DNA from: Patescibacteria group bacterium
GTDB taxonomy: Bacteria; Patescibacteriota; JABMPQ01
Assembly (NCBI GenBank): GCA_018818965.1
Contig: JAHJQX010000014.1
Location: 6,178-70,177 of the forward strand
Direction of reading: 5' to 3'
DNA length: 64,000 bases
The position numbers and the translations under genes were made by a program. Below are positions 8,894-19,605 of the stretch, piece by piece; the first letter of the stretch is position 1; the number at the start of each line of letters is the position of its first letter. The notes below the pieces were generated by a model. It saw nothing but the letters and a program-made list of their open reading frames with translations, did no database searches and was not told the origin of the DNA.

Positions 8894-11323
8894 TTATATT
8901 ATTGCCAACGATGCTACTTCATCCTCATTTTGCAATTTCATTACTCGTACACCTTGCGTCGCCCGCCCCTGTTGAGAAATTTGCTTTAAAGTAATCCTGA
9001 TCACTTGTCCTCTTCGTGAAATAATAATAATCTCTTTTTCGTTTTCGTCAACTATTTCTCCTAGGATTACATCTCCATTTCGGGCAGATACTTTAGCGGT
9101 CGTGATCCCAGTGCCACCTCGTCTTTGTAGCCGGTATTTATCAAGAGCCGTTCTTTTTCCGTAGCCTTTTTTAGTAACAATCAGCAGTTCATTGCCTTTA
9201 GCAGCCTTAGTGATTACATCCATTCCAACTGCCAGGTCGTCTGTCTTTTTAAACCTAATACCAGTAACTCCAGCCGCTGCCCTACCCATTGGCCTGATGT
9301 CTTTTTCCGAAAAACGGATAGCCAAGCCTTGAGCAGTAACAATAATAACCTCATCCTGTCCCGAAGTTGGCTTAACCCACTTAAGTTCATCCTCCTTTTT
9401 CAAACGTAAAGCTATCAGGCCTGATTTTCTTACTTTAGCAAAATCTTCAATGTGAGATTTTTTAACTACTCCACCTTTTGTTACCATCATGAGGAATTTA
9501 GCCTCTTTGAATTTATCAGAAGAGACCAGGGCAGTCACTTTTTCATCTGCCGCCAGCTGCAGGAAGTTAGCAATCGATTGACCCTTGGTAGTACGAGTAG
9601 TCTTAGGGATTTCGTAGGCTTTTAACTGAAATACTCTTCCTTGGTTGGTAAAAAATAACAGATCACTGAGGGTATTCGTAACAAAGAAATGTTTCACAAT
9701 ATCTTCTTCTTTGGTCACCATGCCAATAACACCTTTACCGCCCCGTGACTGGGTCTTGTAGGTGGTTTCGGGTAAACTTTTGATATAACCACCTTCAGTA
9801 AGGGTAATAATAACCTTTTCTTTGGGCACCAAATCTTCTGGGGCAAAATTATCTACGGCTGAGGCCATAACCCGAGTTTTTCTTTCGTCAGCAAATTTTT
9901 CTTTAATCGCCTGCAGTTCATTTTTAATAACAGTTAGAATTTTCTGTGAACTTTTTAGTAGAGTTTCTAATTCTTTAATCAATGCCTTTTTCTCTTTTAG
10001 TTCATCTTCAATCTTTTTTCTTTCTAAAGCAGCCAATTGAGATAGTTTCATTTCTAGAATGGCGCTAGTTTGTTCCGGAGAAAATTTAAACTTTTTAATT
10101 AAATTCTTATAAGCTTCTTCTTTATTTTTTGAAGCTCTAATGGTCTTAATAATTTCGTTAATATGGTCAAGCGCTTTTTTCAACCCCTCTAAAATATGTG
10201 CTCTTTCTTTGGCTCGAGTCAAATCAAATTGTGTTCGACGTTTAATGACTTCTTGGCGATGTTTAATGTAGTGCTCTAAGGCAGCTTTCAGGGTTAATAC
10301 TTTGGGTTGGATACCATCAACCAAAGCCAGCATGTTAACGTGAAACTTGTCTTGTAGCTGAGTCAGTTTGAAGAGACGGTTGAGAATCTTTTTTGGAAAA
10401 GCTTCTTTTTTAAGATCAATAACGATACGGACACCGTCTCTGTCTGACTCATCGCGAAGATCTCTAATACCGTCAACTTTTTTGTTTTTAACTAAATCAG
10501 CTATTTTTTCGATTAGAGTAGCTTTGTTTACTTGAAACGGGATTTCATTTACTATAATTTGGAATTGTCCCTTCTTGTTTTCGGTAATATTTGTCTTAGC
10601 CCGCATCACGATACCACCTTTACCGGTAGCGTAAACTTGAGTAATTTCTTTCTGGTTGAATATAATGCCGCCGGTGGGAAAATCTGGTCCCTTAACGTGC
10701 TGCATCAGGTCTTCAACGGTGCTCTCGGGATGGTCAATCAGTTCGCTAATGCCATTGATAATCTCACCAAGGTTATGAGGAGGAATATTGGTAGCCATCC
10801 CTACAGCAATACCAACGGTACCATTTAACAAAGTATTAGGGAGCTTGGCTGGTAATACTTGGGGCTCTTTTAGACTGCGGTCATAATTATCAATAAAATT
10901 GACTGTTTCTTTTTCAATATCAAATAACATCTCCTCCGCGATTTTGGTGAGACGAGCTTCAGTGTATCGTTGGGCGGCGGCGCTATCGCCATCCATCGAG
11001 CCAAAATTGCCTTGGCCATCGACCAACGGATAACGCATAGAAAAATCTTGCGCCATTCGGACCATGGATTCATAAACTGCTATATCTCCATGGGGATGAT
11101 ATTTACCTAGCACTTCACCAACTACTGTCGCTGATTTGCGGTACCTTGAGCCGCCTTTCAGCCCAATATCCCACATAGCATAAAGTATACGACGGTGAAC
11201 TGGCTTAAGTCCGTCTCTGACATCGGGGAGGGCACGTTGGACGATAACACTCATCGCATAATCGAGATATGACTCTTGCATCTCCTCCACAATTTTTCTT
11301 GGCTTGATGTATCCTATTTCCAT
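8894..11323 (-). CDS. gyrA: DNA gyrase subunit A
   Basis: [22 protein letters not shown]...HPHGD...active-site region, C-terminal beta-pinwheel repeats; 809 aa. Confidence 0.9.
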   Translation of the reverse strand: MEIGYIKPRKIVEEMQESYLDYAMSVIVQRALPDVRDGLKPVHRRILYAMWDIGLKGGSRYRKSATVVGEVLGKYHPHGDIAVYESMVRMAQDFSMRYPLVDGQGNFGSMDGDSAAAQRYTEARLTKIAEEMLFDIEKETVNFIDNYDRSLKEPQVLPAKLPNTLLNGTVGIAVGMATNIPPHNLGEIINGISELIDHPESTVEDLMQHVKGPDFPTGGIIFNQKEITQVYATGKGGIVMRAKTNITENKKGQFQIIVNEIPFQVNKATLIEKIADLVKNKKVDGIRDLRDESDRDGVRIVIDLKKEAFPKKILNRLFKLTQLQDKFHVNMLALVDGIQPKVLTLKAALEHYIKHRQEVIKRRTQFDLTRAKERAHILEGLKKALDHINEIIKTIRASKNKEEAYKNLIKKFKFSPEQTSAILEMKLSQLAALERKKIEDELKEKKALIKELETLLKSSQKILTVIKNELQAIKEKFADERKTRVMASAVDNFAPEDLVPKEKVIITLTEGGYIKSLPETTYKTQSRGGKGVIGMVTKEEDIVKHFFVTNTLSDLLFFTNQGRVFQLKAYEIPKTTRTTKGQSIANFLQLAADEKVTALVSSDKFKEAKFLMMVTKGGVVKKSHIEDFAKVRKSGLIALRLKKEDELKWVKPTSGQDEVIIVTAQGLAIRFSEKDIRPMGRAAAGVTGIRFKKTDDLAVGMDVITKAAKGNELLIVTKKGYGKRTALDKYRLQRRGGTGITTAKVSARNGDVILGEIVDENEKEIIIISRRGQVIRITLKQISQQGRATQGVRVMKLQNEDEVASLAII

Positions 11324-11345
11324 GTTGATCGTTTGATCTCTAATT

Positions 11346-11711
11346 TTAGTCTTCTAAAGGTAAGCGATTTATTGGCACTGTATCACCTTCTTTTTTTTCT
11401 GACGTCTGCTCTCGTAATTTTTGGTCAGTTTCAACTATTTCTTCTAGCTGGGGGATTTCACCGTCAATAGTTTTAATTTTATCAACGCCACCTTGCATTT
11501 GATTATATTCCTCTCCCGACAAGCTTTCTTGAATTTGGCCCTTCAAACTGCTAAACTGCGATTCCCCCGCATTTTCTCTTGCCAAATAATCCTTAGGTAT
11601 TACTATCAGCCAAACCAAAAGCATTAAGGCCGAGGTTATTCCAGCTACTAACCAGAGGAATTTTTTTCTCTCCGGCACTGACTTATTTTTTAGATCCTGA
11701 AAGTATTTCAT
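11346..11711 (-). CDS. Hypothetical membrane-anchored protein
   Basis: Single N-terminal TM helix, acidic C-terminus; no family recognised. Confidence 0.4.
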   Translation of the reverse strand: MKYFQDLKNKSVPERKKFLWLVAGITSALMLLVWLIVIPKDYLARENAGESQFSSLKGQIQESLSGEEYNQMQGGVDKIKTIDGEIPQLEEIVETDQKLREQTSEKKEGDTVPINRLPLED

Positions 11712-12349
11712 TAGCGTGAATAGTCAAGTACTTGGATGGTGGTTTCCTCAGTTGGTAAGTTCCCCTTTTTTATAACTAATTTTGGTATAACTTTTTCTTT
11801 TTTAGCTCCCATCTCAGAGAGAAATTTTTCCACGGCAGCCAGTTTATCTTTCACCTGTGGTATTTTATAATGCATCGGAATTATCAGGCGTGGTTCAATT
11901 TCGCCAATAATGTCAGTTATTTTATTAATTGAAAGATTATGTTCTCCCACTGGCGTCAACAAAATATCAACCCCGTTTATCCGTTCAACCTGTTTAGAGG
12001 TTAAGATATGCCCCAAATCTCCTAGGTGGCAAATTCTAATACCTTCGATATTAATGATATAAATTGTATTGGATCCTTTGTCTTGTCCTTCTTTGTTATC
12101 TTGATAGGAAGTAATTCCTTTAATCGCTACACCCATTCTTTCGTATTCTCCTGGGCCGTCAATTACAAAGGGATTTTCTTTGAGAGACTCAACGTTATTA
12201 TTCTCCTTATTACTATTACTAACCAAAACAATGTCAGCTCGAGTACGCAGGGGAGCTAGGCCACTTTCTCTTCCGTAAGGATTAGTAACAATAGTTGTAT
12301 CTTTGGCTTGGAACTTAAAACATGATTGCCCGCACCACTGAATATACAT
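11711..12349 (-). CDS. Metallo-beta-lactamase-fold metal-dependent hydrolase (COG2220-like)
   Basis: HLGDLGH metal-binding motif and overall MBL-fold pattern. Confidence 0.5.
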   Translation of the reverse strand: MYIQWCGQSCFKFQAKDTTIVTNPYGRESGLAPLRTRADIVLVSNSNKENNNVESLKENPFVIDGPGEYERMGVAIKGITSYQDNKEGQDKGSNTIYIINIEGIRICHLGDLGHILTSKQVERINGVDILLTPVGEHNLSINKITDIIGEIEPRLIIPMHYKIPQVKDKLAAVEKFLSEMGAKKEKVIPKLVIKKGNLPTEETTIQVLDYSR

Positions 12350-12503
12350 ATTTTTGGTTTCTCTTAAAGCTAAAAAACAAACACTTGGGAGTGCTATTAT
12401 TGCTTAATGTAGCATATAAATAAGGGAGAAACAATAGTAATGTTTGCCAGTTCAGCTCTTTTTTTTCTGGTTGTTTCTGCTATGATGAAGAGGTATTTAA
12501 TTA

Positions 12504-13600
12504 TGAATATGAATCGTAATTTAGTCCAAAAAGTCATTGTCGCAAAAATAGGAACTAACGTTATCACGCGGGAGAACGGTCTATTAGACGAGAAGATAAT
12601 TGGTAGTTTGGTTAATCAGGTAGTCAAATTGAAAAAGCAGGGTTTAGCAGTTGTTATAGTTTCTTCCGGTTCAGTGGCGGCAGGACAGTCAATAGTGAAA
12701 GTGGCTAGTGGAGCTGATAGTGTCACTCGCCGGCAGGTGCTGGCAGCTTCCGGCCAGGTAGAATTGGTTAATACCTACACTAAGTATTTTGCCAAACATC
12801 ATCTTAAGTGTGCCCAGATATTAGTTACCAAGGAAGACTTTCGCGATCGTCGTCATTATTTGAATATTAAAAATTGTTTAGAGGCTTTATTACGACACGA
12901 TATTACACCCATCGTTAATGAGAATGATGCGGTAGCGATAAATGAATTGATGTTTACAGATAACGATGAACTAGCAGTTTTAGTGACAGCAATGGTAGAT
13001 TCTGATCGACTGGTTATTTTAACTAATGTTGATGGAGTATATAAGGGTTGTCCGGTGGGTGATAAGGGAGAGGTAATCAAGGAGATAAAGCCAGATGAGG
13101 AAAATTTACCCTTGTGTAGTAAACCCAGTCATAAATCGAAAATGGGTCGGGGGGGAATTCTCACCAAAGTTGCCATGGCCCAGCGAGCGGCTGGTTTGGG
13201 GATCACTGCCTATGTTGCCAATGGTCGGAAAAGAAATATTTTGCTTGACGTATTAGCAAATAAAGCGATTTGCACTACCTTTTTACCAAAGAGGAAAACC
13301 TCTAGTGTTAAGAAATGGATGGCGCATACTAAAGGTCAGGAGAAGGGTGTTGTTTATATTAACCAGGGGGCAGAGGAAGCGCTCACCTCGAAAAAGAAAA
13401 TTGCTAGTCTATTGCCGGTAGGAGTTACTAGAATCGAGGGAAATTTTGTTAAGGGAGACATTATTAGAATTAAGGGCGAAAAAAATAATGACATTGGGGT
13501 GGGAGCGGCACGATATGATTCGCAAGAGGCTAGACAGTTAATAGGTCGTAAAGGAGCCAAGTCGCTTGTTAGATACGACTATTTATTTTTAGAACCATGA
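12504..13600 (+). CDS. proB: Glutamate 5-kinase with C-terminal PUA domain (start uncertain; ORF track begins 12440)
   Basis: KVIVAKIGTNVIT...VIVSSGSVAAG amino-acid kinase motifs; PUA-like C-terminus; first gene of proBCA cluster; SD AAGGGAG lies upstream of 12440. Confidence 0.8.
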
Positions 13601-14379
13601 AGCAAAAAATAGGGATAATTGGTTTAGGAAATATGGGGAGCGCTTTTTATCAGAGGCTGGAGACGATATTGCCAGCTGAGCAGCTGTTTGGGTATGATAA
13701 GAGTGGAGGCAGTAAATTAGAGATGAAAAATAAAGTAGAAAGTGTCCAGGAGTTAATTGATAAAGTTGAGGTGGTGATCCTGGCCGTCAAACCGCAATCT
13801 CTAAGTGATTTGGCAGTTGAGCTAGAAGGTAGCTGCCAGAATAGACTTGTAATTTCAATGTTGGCTGGTGTGTCGGTTGCTAAATTACAGGATGCTTTGA
13901 TCGCTGAACGAGTAATTCGCTGCATGCCTAACTTGCCGATCAAAGTTGGTAAAGGAGTGACGGGCTGGATAGCTTCGGTAGAAGCTACCAACGAAGACAA
14001 AAAGCTAGCGCAGAAAATATTTTCCTCTTTTGGTTATCAGGTAAAAGTGTCAAACGAAAACATGCTGGATGTTGTTACTGCCCTAAGTGGTTCCGGGCCG
14101 GCTTATTATTTTTATTTATGTCAGATTCTAACTGCGTGGGCACGAGAAATGGGTTTCAATGAGGAAGAAGCGCGGGCAATCGCGGAAAATACTTTTCGGG
14201 GAGCGGCCAAGTTGATGGAGCCGGGAGATATGAGTTCAGAGGATTGGGTACAAGCCGTGGCTTCAAAGGGAGGGACGACTGAGGCAGCTTTGAAGAGTTT
14301 CGCGCAGGATAAATTAGATGAAATTGTGACGCGAGGTCTGGAGGAGGCGAAAAAGAAATCAAAAGAATTGAGTGGGTAA
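13597..14379 (+). CDS. proC: Pyrroline-5-carboxylate reductase
   Basis: IGIIGLGNMGSA Rossmann motif, P5CR length; 4-nt overlap with proB. Confidence 0.8.
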   Translation: MKQKIGIIGLGNMGSAFYQRLETILPAEQLFGYDKSGGSKLEMKNKVESVQELIDKVEVVILAVKPQSLSDLAVELEGSCQNRLVISMLAGVSVAKLQDALIAERVIRCMPNLPIKVGKGVTGWIASVEATNEDKKLAQKIFSSFGYQVKVSNENMLDVVTALSGSGPAYYFYLCQILTAWAREMGFNEEEARAIAENTFRGAAKLMEPGDMSSEDWVQAVASKGGTTEAALKSFAQDKLDEIVTRGLEEAKKKSKELSG

Positions 14380-14449
14380 GTTATAGTTGATTGCCCTGAT
14401 GTGTTTTTGAGGCACAGCGGAGTAGTCAACCAACAATATTGAATTATCT

Positions 14450-15700
14450 ATGTCATCTACTACCGAAAAATTCATCACTACCAAAAAGGCCAGCCAAGCT
14501 CTGGTTGATCTTTCAGAACAAGAAATAAACAAAGTCCTTGGAGGCTTTGCTGAGCTTTTGTTAGCCAAGAAGAGCAATATCTTAGCTGCTAACAAGAAAG
14601 ATCTAGCTCAGATGGAAAAAGATGATTCTCGTTATGATCGGTTGCAATTAACAGACGAGAGAATAGAAGGAATTGCCAGCGATGTTAGGAATGTGGCCAG
14701 CTTGCCCTACCCGGTTGGGAAGATATTAGAAGAAAAAAAGCTACCAAACGGATTAGAACTTTCTAAAGTGAGCGTGCCGCTAGGGGTGATCGGCATGATT
14801 TACGAAGCGCGTCCCAATGTTACCTGCGATGTTTTTTCGCTTTGTTTTAAGTCTGGCAATGCTTGTGTGCTCAAGGGTGGCAAGGAAGCTCAGCATTCTA
14901 ATGAAATCTTTGTCGAAATTATCAAAGAAGTACTGCGACAGCATTCCATCGATGAGAACATTATTTGTCTTCTCTCTAACGATCGGCAAGAAACGGTGGC
15001 TATGCTTGAAGCTCACGGCCAGGTAGATGTTATTATTCCCCGTGGTGGTCAGAATTTGATAAATTTTGTCCGCGAGAGCTCAAAAATTCCCGTGATTGAA
15101 ACAGGAGCGGGGATTGTGCATACCTATTTCGATGTGAGCGGTGATTTAGCCAAAGGTCAGCGAATAATCCACAATGCCAAAACACGGCGGCCAAGTGTCT
15201 GCAATGCTCTCGACACACTGATAGTGCATCGGAACCGGCTAGGTGATTTACCACAACTAGTTAAGCAGCTGGCGGAGAAAAAAGTGGAAATCTTTGCTGA
15301 TGAGGAAGCTTATGAAGCACTAAGTAGCCAATATAATAATGACTTATTAAAAAAAGCAGATGCCAAGAGCTTCGGCACCGAGTTTTTGGCGTTTAAAATG
15401 TCGATTAAGACAGTAGTCAATGCCAAAGAGGCAGTTGAGCATATTGGCAAGTATAGTTCTCAGCATAGTGAGGCGATTATTGCTGAGAACAAAGCGGCAA
15501 TTGACTATTTTATTCAGCATGTGGACGCGGCGGCTGTCTACGCTAATACTTCCACTGCTTTTACTGACGGGGCACAATTTGGGCTGGGAGCCGAGATTGG
15601 TATTAGTACACAGAAGCTACACACGCGTGGCCCGATGGGGCTGAAAGAGCTGACTAGTTATAAGTGGGTGATAAGAGGGGAGGGGCAGGTGCGGGGGTAA
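14450..15700 (+). CDS. proA: Gamma-glutamyl phosphate reductase (glutamate-5-semialdehyde dehydrogenase)
   Basis: Aldehyde-dehydrogenase-family fold with ProA-specific [13 protein letters not shown] and catalytic Cys (SVCNALDTL). Confidence 0.85.
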   Translation: MSSTTEKFITTKKASQALVDLSEQEINKVLGGFAELLLAKKSNILAANKKDLAQMEKDDSRYDRLQLTDERIEGIASDVRNVASLPYPVGKILEEKKLPNGLELSKVSVPLGVIGMIYEARPNVTCDVFSLCFKSGNACVLKGGKEAQHSNEIFVEIIKEVLRQHSIDENIICLLSNDRQETVAMLEAHGQVDVIIPRGGQNLINFVRESSKIPVIETGAGIVHTYFDVSGDLAKGQRIIHNAKTRRPSVCNALDTLIVHRNRLGDLPQLVKQLAEKKVEIFADEEAYEALSSQYNNDLLKKADAKSFGTEFLAFKMSIKTVVNAKEAVEHIGKYSSQHSEAIIAENKAAIDYFIQHVDAAAVYANTSTAFTDGAQFGLGAEIGISTQKLHTRGPMGLKELTSYKWVIRGEGQVRG

Positions 15701-15723
15701 ATATTATTAATGCTTTTTAGTCA

Positions 15724-15750
15724 AAACAGGCGATTATTTGCCTGTTTTTG
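15724..15750 (+). terminator. Intrinsic terminator after proA (AAACAGGC-gattattt-GCCTGTTT + T-run)
   Basis: 8-bp stem, T5 tail, 24 nt after the proA stop. Confidence 0.7.
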
Positions 15751-15820
15751 TATATTATTGCCTTTATTTAAGCCAAATAATTATTTTATTGAAGGAAATT
15801 AGGCAAATTTATCAAAAAAT

Positions 15821-15850
15821 ATTGACAAGATTTGACAAGTATGATAAGAT
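15821..15850 (+). promoter_or_regulatory. Near-consensus sigma70-type promoter TTGACA-N17-TAAGAT with tandem TTGACAAG boxes, facing the GC-rich islet
   Basis: TTGACA at 15822-15827 (and again 15832-15837), 17-nt spacer to TAAGAT at 15845-15850; AT-rich context. Confidence 0.45.
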
Positions 15851-15949
15851 GTGGCGTCACAACGAAAATAGTTATTGATCACACGTCAAAATTTGAAAAT
15901 TCTATAGCTCGAACTTCTAAGGTCTTAGAGGGATATTAGGAGAACGACT

Positions 15950-15963
15950 GGGAGAGAGTCAAC
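15950..15963. repeat. Direct repeat GGGAGAGAGTCAAC (left copy) flanking GC-rich islet 1
   Basis: Exact 14-mer also present at 19574-19587. Confidence 0.7.
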
Positions 15964-16354
15964 TAGCAGCAATGCTAGGAGTATAAATTATACTATCAAG
16001 CTCTCTTGTGGTCGCGAGAGAGTTTTTTTGTCTTCTCTGGAAAGGGGCGTTAGCGCTCTTCTCCAGGTAAGATAAAGCCCTGAACATTATAACTAAGCGG
16101 GTTCTTCCCTCATTGCGCTTTTTGCGGAGAGTGCAGCGGGAGAAGAATCCCGAGGCGAGGAGTGCCTCGAAAAAAACTTCGTAATACTCCGGGGAAGCAC
16201 CGGGGCGCGCTGAGGCAGCGCGTAAAATTGCCTAGCAAAATCACGAGCCAGTAAAGGCCCAGCCCTGCACGATGCGGGGTGGTTGGGAGCGACACTGACT
16301 GGCTGAGAATCTAGAGCCCCACGTGAATACGGGGCAATCAAGAGGAGCGAGAGA

Positions 16355-16816
16355 ATGTTTTCCGCGCTGATCAACGAGTTGAACGGTATCTGGGGTGGTG
16401 GTCTCGAGGCAGTGCTGGGGTTCGTCGGGCTGCTGTTGGCGGCGCCGGCGCTGTGGTGGTGGCTGCTGCCGCGCTATACGGCGGTGTGCTGCCACGACGG
16501 GAACCGGTGGTTGTCGGACTGCCCGGGGACGTGGAGCAAGGCCCGGGGCGTTGCCGGCAACGACCTGGCCCTCTGGGTCAAGGCGTACGCCGCGCAGGTG
16601 ACGACTGGGAAGTTTCTCCAGCCGCACCAGGCCCGTATCCCCGAGAACCCCGTCCCACGGCGGCTGAAGGTGGTCCTGTTCGGCGAGCAGCGCGGCGTGT
16701 ACTATATCGTCGGGATCAAGATCCTCGACGAGAAAATACTCTCCGAGAAGTCCGACCGAAGCAACACCCCGGTCGTCAACTTTGAGGACGAGGACGAGTA
16801 CCTTCCGCTCCGCTAA
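16355..16816 (+). CDS. Hypothetical protein with N-terminal TM helix (GC-rich islet 1)
   Basis: GAGGAG SD 8 nt upstream; hydrophobic segment LGFVGLLLAAPALWWWLL; high-GC codon usage. Confidence 0.45.
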   Translation: MFSALINELNGIWGGGLEAVLGFVGLLLAAPALWWWLLPRYTAVCCHDGNRWLSDCPGTWSKARGVAGNDLALWVKAYAAQVTTGKFLQPHQARIPENPVPRRLKVVLFGEQRGVYYIVGIKILDEKILSEKSDRSNTPVVNFEDEDEYLPLR

Positions 16817-17261
16817 CGAACCGCCTGCTCCCCCCCAGAGACGTTCGCCAGGCTGACACCCTGGTCGCAGTCAACTGTCCCCGGCGCACGCAGCTGCGTT
16901 GGGTCTACCTCCCCGCTCACCTGTGAGGTGTGAGCGACTACGGGAGCCTACCAAATCCTCATTGTTCTTTTGACCCTTCACCCGGAAGCGCACTATCAGA
17001 GTACGCTTCCCCTTCCAGAGGATAGAAATAAGCTTCTATTCTCTGGAATAGTCATGAGTTACGATTCGTGACTACAAAAAATAGAAAAGTAATCCCTGGG
17101 CTGATCTAGGGATTATTGGTGTACCAACTTCACTCTCTGATTTGCTCTCTAGAAAGCGCAAACCAGCCGTGAACTTGGCACAAGCCAAGTCGAACATTTT
17201 AATCTGAGAATCGAAACCGACAAACAAAGCGCCTATTAAAAGACGCGAACAGGAGAAACTG

Positions 17262-19544
17262 GTGGCTAGCATTACGAGACAGGGTCCGCAGTACCACGGC
17301 CAGAGTGTGGAAGACCTCCGCACTTGGGCAGTCATCGAACGGCTGCCCTGGCTGGTGGAGGCCCTCGGCTTGACGGCCGGGGCGATCTGTGGATCCTTGG
17401 AGGAGGCGCTGCGGCGCCAGGTATACGGCTTGGGTAGCGCCGACGAGCTGCCCGCTCCCATTGACTGGGAGCGTAACGGTATCATCATCTCCCCGCCGGG
17501 GACGGGCAAGGGCATGGCCTGCTTCGTGGAGGCACTTCTGCACTACGAGCGGGTCTACGTGCTCGTGCCCTCGGTGATCCAGGCGCACAAGCTTGAGGAG
17601 AGCTTGGACGTCTTGTTTCATCGGGATCTGGGTGGCTGTGCAACGAGTCAGCGCAAGGCGCGGGGTCTGATCCGGGTCATCACGACCGGCATCTTCCACC
17701 AACTGGTGGCGGATGAGGACTCACAGCTGTGGGAGGACGGCACGGTTCTGATCGTGGACGAGGCGCAGCGGATTCTGGAGAACGATCCGGAGACGGAGCT
17801 GATGATCGGCACCTGCGCCTCGCAAGGGGTGCCGGTGATGATCGTCTCGGCGACGATTGCTCCGGGGACGTTGCCTGAAGTCTACGGTCACGGCGCGAGC
17901 GAGCCGGCTCAGGTCTACAGCCTGGTCAAGAACATGCACCCGGTGGAGATCGAGGTCACCACTGGCCGCGAGATCACCCAGGTGCTGTCCGAGACCGAGG
18001 AGCTGCTCGCTGACGGTAAGACGACGCTGGTCTTCTGCGCCTCGCGGCGCGAGGTGGCGAGCGTGGCTGATCTGCTGGCTCAACTGGGTGGAGCGACGGT
18101 GCGTGTTACTGGCGCTCATCAGGTGGAGGAGCAGATCGCCGAGATCGAGTCCGCTCAGGCGACCGGTCTGCCGGTGTTCGTGGTGGCCACGCCGGGCACC
18201 ATGGACAGCTCGGTGACGGTGCCGGGACTCTCCTGCGTCGTCATCCAGGACATGCGTTACAGTGTGGACTGGAATAAGTTTGGCGTGATCGAGCGTCGGC
18301 ACGAGACGCTGCCGGTCAACCACATTGTCCAGATGATCCGCCGGGTGGGTCGCATTGCCCGCACGGATGGTCAGCGGGACAAAGTGATCGTGGTTTCGAG
18401 CTGTCCCCGCCCGGAGCTGATGGTGGAAACGCCCCAGTTCCAGCCGATTTCCGGCTGCTCGCCGCACACTCAGATCGAGAACCTCCTGCTGCGCGCCGTG
18501 CAGTTTGACATCCCCTTCGCGGATGTCCACGACTACATGGTTAGCAACTTCGCAGAGGAGCGGATCGAGAAGACGGTGGCGGCGTTGCTGGAGCACGGCA
18601 TGATTGAGCGGGTGGACGACCCTTCCGATCCCGACGGCTTCGAGCTGACGGACAAGGGAGAGTTAGTCATCTCGCTGCCCTTCGAGTATCGCTGGTCGCG
18701 GTTGATCGTGGAGGCGCCGGAGGAGCTGCAGCTGTGGCTCACGCTGGCGGCCGCCTGCGGTCATGTCCGGGACCTGGAGATGCACGAGGAGCAGTCACTC
18801 GACGTGGCTGGTCACCAGCGCTCCGAAGTGCTGCGCAAGATCGCGCTCATGGTCGAGTACCTCGGCCTGGAGCACGACCGCGAGCAGCGCGACGAGGCCG
18901 ACGAGCGGGGACTGTCGTTCCGACGGATGGAGCAGGCAGAGACGCTGTTCGATCTGGCAATGGAGGCCTTGGAGCTGGACTGGGATGTAGACGAGCTGGC
19001 GGTGCCCGAGGGCGAGGAGATGGAGACGCTGCTCTTAGAGATCGTCACCGGCGGGCTGCGGACGGGTTTGTACAAGCTGTACTTCCCGCATCGTGGCGAC
19101 CGTGGTGGTTGGTCTGAGCCGCGGCCTACTCCTGACCTGGACGGCCAGTTTCGGCGTTTCTTCGTCGATGACAACGGCCTGGCTCTCTCGCGGTACGCCG
19201 AGGGCGGGGTTTGCGCCGTTGTCGCCTCGCCGACCTGGTTCACGTCCAAGAACGGCGGCCCCTGCGCCAACCTGGACGACGTGACCATCGTGCCGAGCGA
19301 TCTGCTGCCGCAGCTGGTAGCGGACTTGGCCAAGCGCGAAGGTTGGTTCCAGGTGACCTTCGAGGAGGGCGAGTTCCGGGGCCAGACCAGGCTCGAGGCC
19401 CGCGGCGCCGACGGGTGGACGATCTACCTGCCCAGCCGGATGGACAACGAGCCGGAGGTGGGTGTGGCCTACTGGTGCTCCCCCGATCGTCAGATCGGCC
19501 GGGGCATTCAGACGGTCTGGATCCACTTCCCGGTCAACGGCTAG
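17262..19544 (+). CDS. SF2 DExH-box helicase, NS3/DEAH-like, with degenerate Walker A (GTG start)
   Basis: Motifs read by eye: I PPGTGKG (no canonical GK[ST]), Ia VLVPSV, II DEAQ, III SAT, IV-like LVFCASRREVASVADLL, V VVATPGTMDSSVTVPG, VI QMIRRVGRIAR. AGGAG 6 nt before GTG. About 350-aa C-terminal extension of unknown fold. Confidence 0.7.
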   Translation: MASITRQGPQYHGQSVEDLRTWAVIERLPWLVEALGLTAGAICGSLEEALRRQVYGLGSADELPAPIDWERNGIIISPPGTGKGMACFVEALLHYERVYVLVPSVIQAHKLEESLDVLFHRDLGGCATSQRKARGLIRVITTGIFHQLVADEDSQLWEDGTVLIVDEAQRILENDPETELMIGTCASQGVPVMIVSATIAPGTLPEVYGHGASEPAQVYSLVKNMHPVEIEVTTGREITQVLSETEELLADGKTTLVFCASRREVASVADLLAQLGGATVRVTGAHQVEEQIAEIESAQATGLPVFVVATPGTMDSSVTVPGLSCVVIQDMRYSVDWNKFGVIERRHETLPVNHIVQMIRRVGRIARTDGQRDKVIVVSSCPRPELMVETPQFQPISGCSPHTQIENLLLRAVQFDIPFADVHDYMVSNFAEERIEKTVAALLEHGMIERVDDPSDPDGFELTDKGELVISLPFEYRWSRLIVEAPEELQLWLTLAAACGHVRDLEMHEEQSLDVAGHQRSEVLRKIALMVEYLGLEHDREQRDEADERGLSFRRMEQAETLFDLAMEALELDWDVDELAVPEGEEMETLLLEIVTGGLRTGLYKLYFPHRGDRGGWSEPRPTPDLDGQFRRFFVDDNGLALSRYAEGGVCAVVASPTWFTSKNGGPCANLDDVTIVPSDLLPQLVADLAKREGWFQVTFEEGEFRGQTRLEARGADGWTIYLPSRMDNEPEVGVAYWCSPDRQIGRGIQTVWIHFPVNG

Positions 19545-19572
19545 CTCTTTGTTTCTACTCTCGGGGAGAGAG

Positions 19573-19605
19573 TCAACGCTCTTTCCCCGTTTTTTCCCAG
19601 CTTGG
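19573..19605 (+). terminator. Intrinsic terminator after helicase (GGGGAGAGAG-tcaacg-CTCTTTCCCC + GTTTTTT); includes the right direct-repeat copy
   Basis: 10-bp stem with one G-U pair, followed by a T6 run. Confidence 0.6.
19574..19587. repeat. Direct repeat GGGAGAGAGTCAAC (right copy) flanking GC-rich islet 1
   Basis: Exact 14-mer match to 15950-15963. Confidence 0.7.

Larger units (their letters stand above)
15964..19587. other. GC-rich islet 1 (about 3.6 kb; by eye about 60-65% GC vs 35-42% backbone), bracketed by 14-bp direct repeats
   Basis: Abrupt composition change; many spurious antisense ORFs typical of high-GC DNA; carries two SD-preceded genes and its own terminator. Confidence 0.7.

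Noticed and set aside
14780-15644. Antisense/alternative-frame ORFs within proA (14780..15016-, 14817..15026+, 15033..15254-, 15347..15577-, 15420..15644+)
   Set aside because: Embedded in a well-supported aldehyde-dehydrogenase-family gene; no independent signals.
16093-19526. Numerous long antisense or overlapping ORFs in the ORF track inside islet 1 (e.g. 16241..16627-, 17199..17702-, 17721..18596-, 18812..19333-, 19035..19526-)
   Set aside because: High-GC DNA is stop-codon-poor, so long open frames arise on all strands. These lack SD sequences, overlap a helicase with clear motif order, and have Arg/Pro/Ala-rich low-complexity translations typical of shadow ORFs. The same applies to 32238..33182 frames inside the permease, 54747..55462 frames inside the acidic protein and 57969..58562 over the EamA-like gene.
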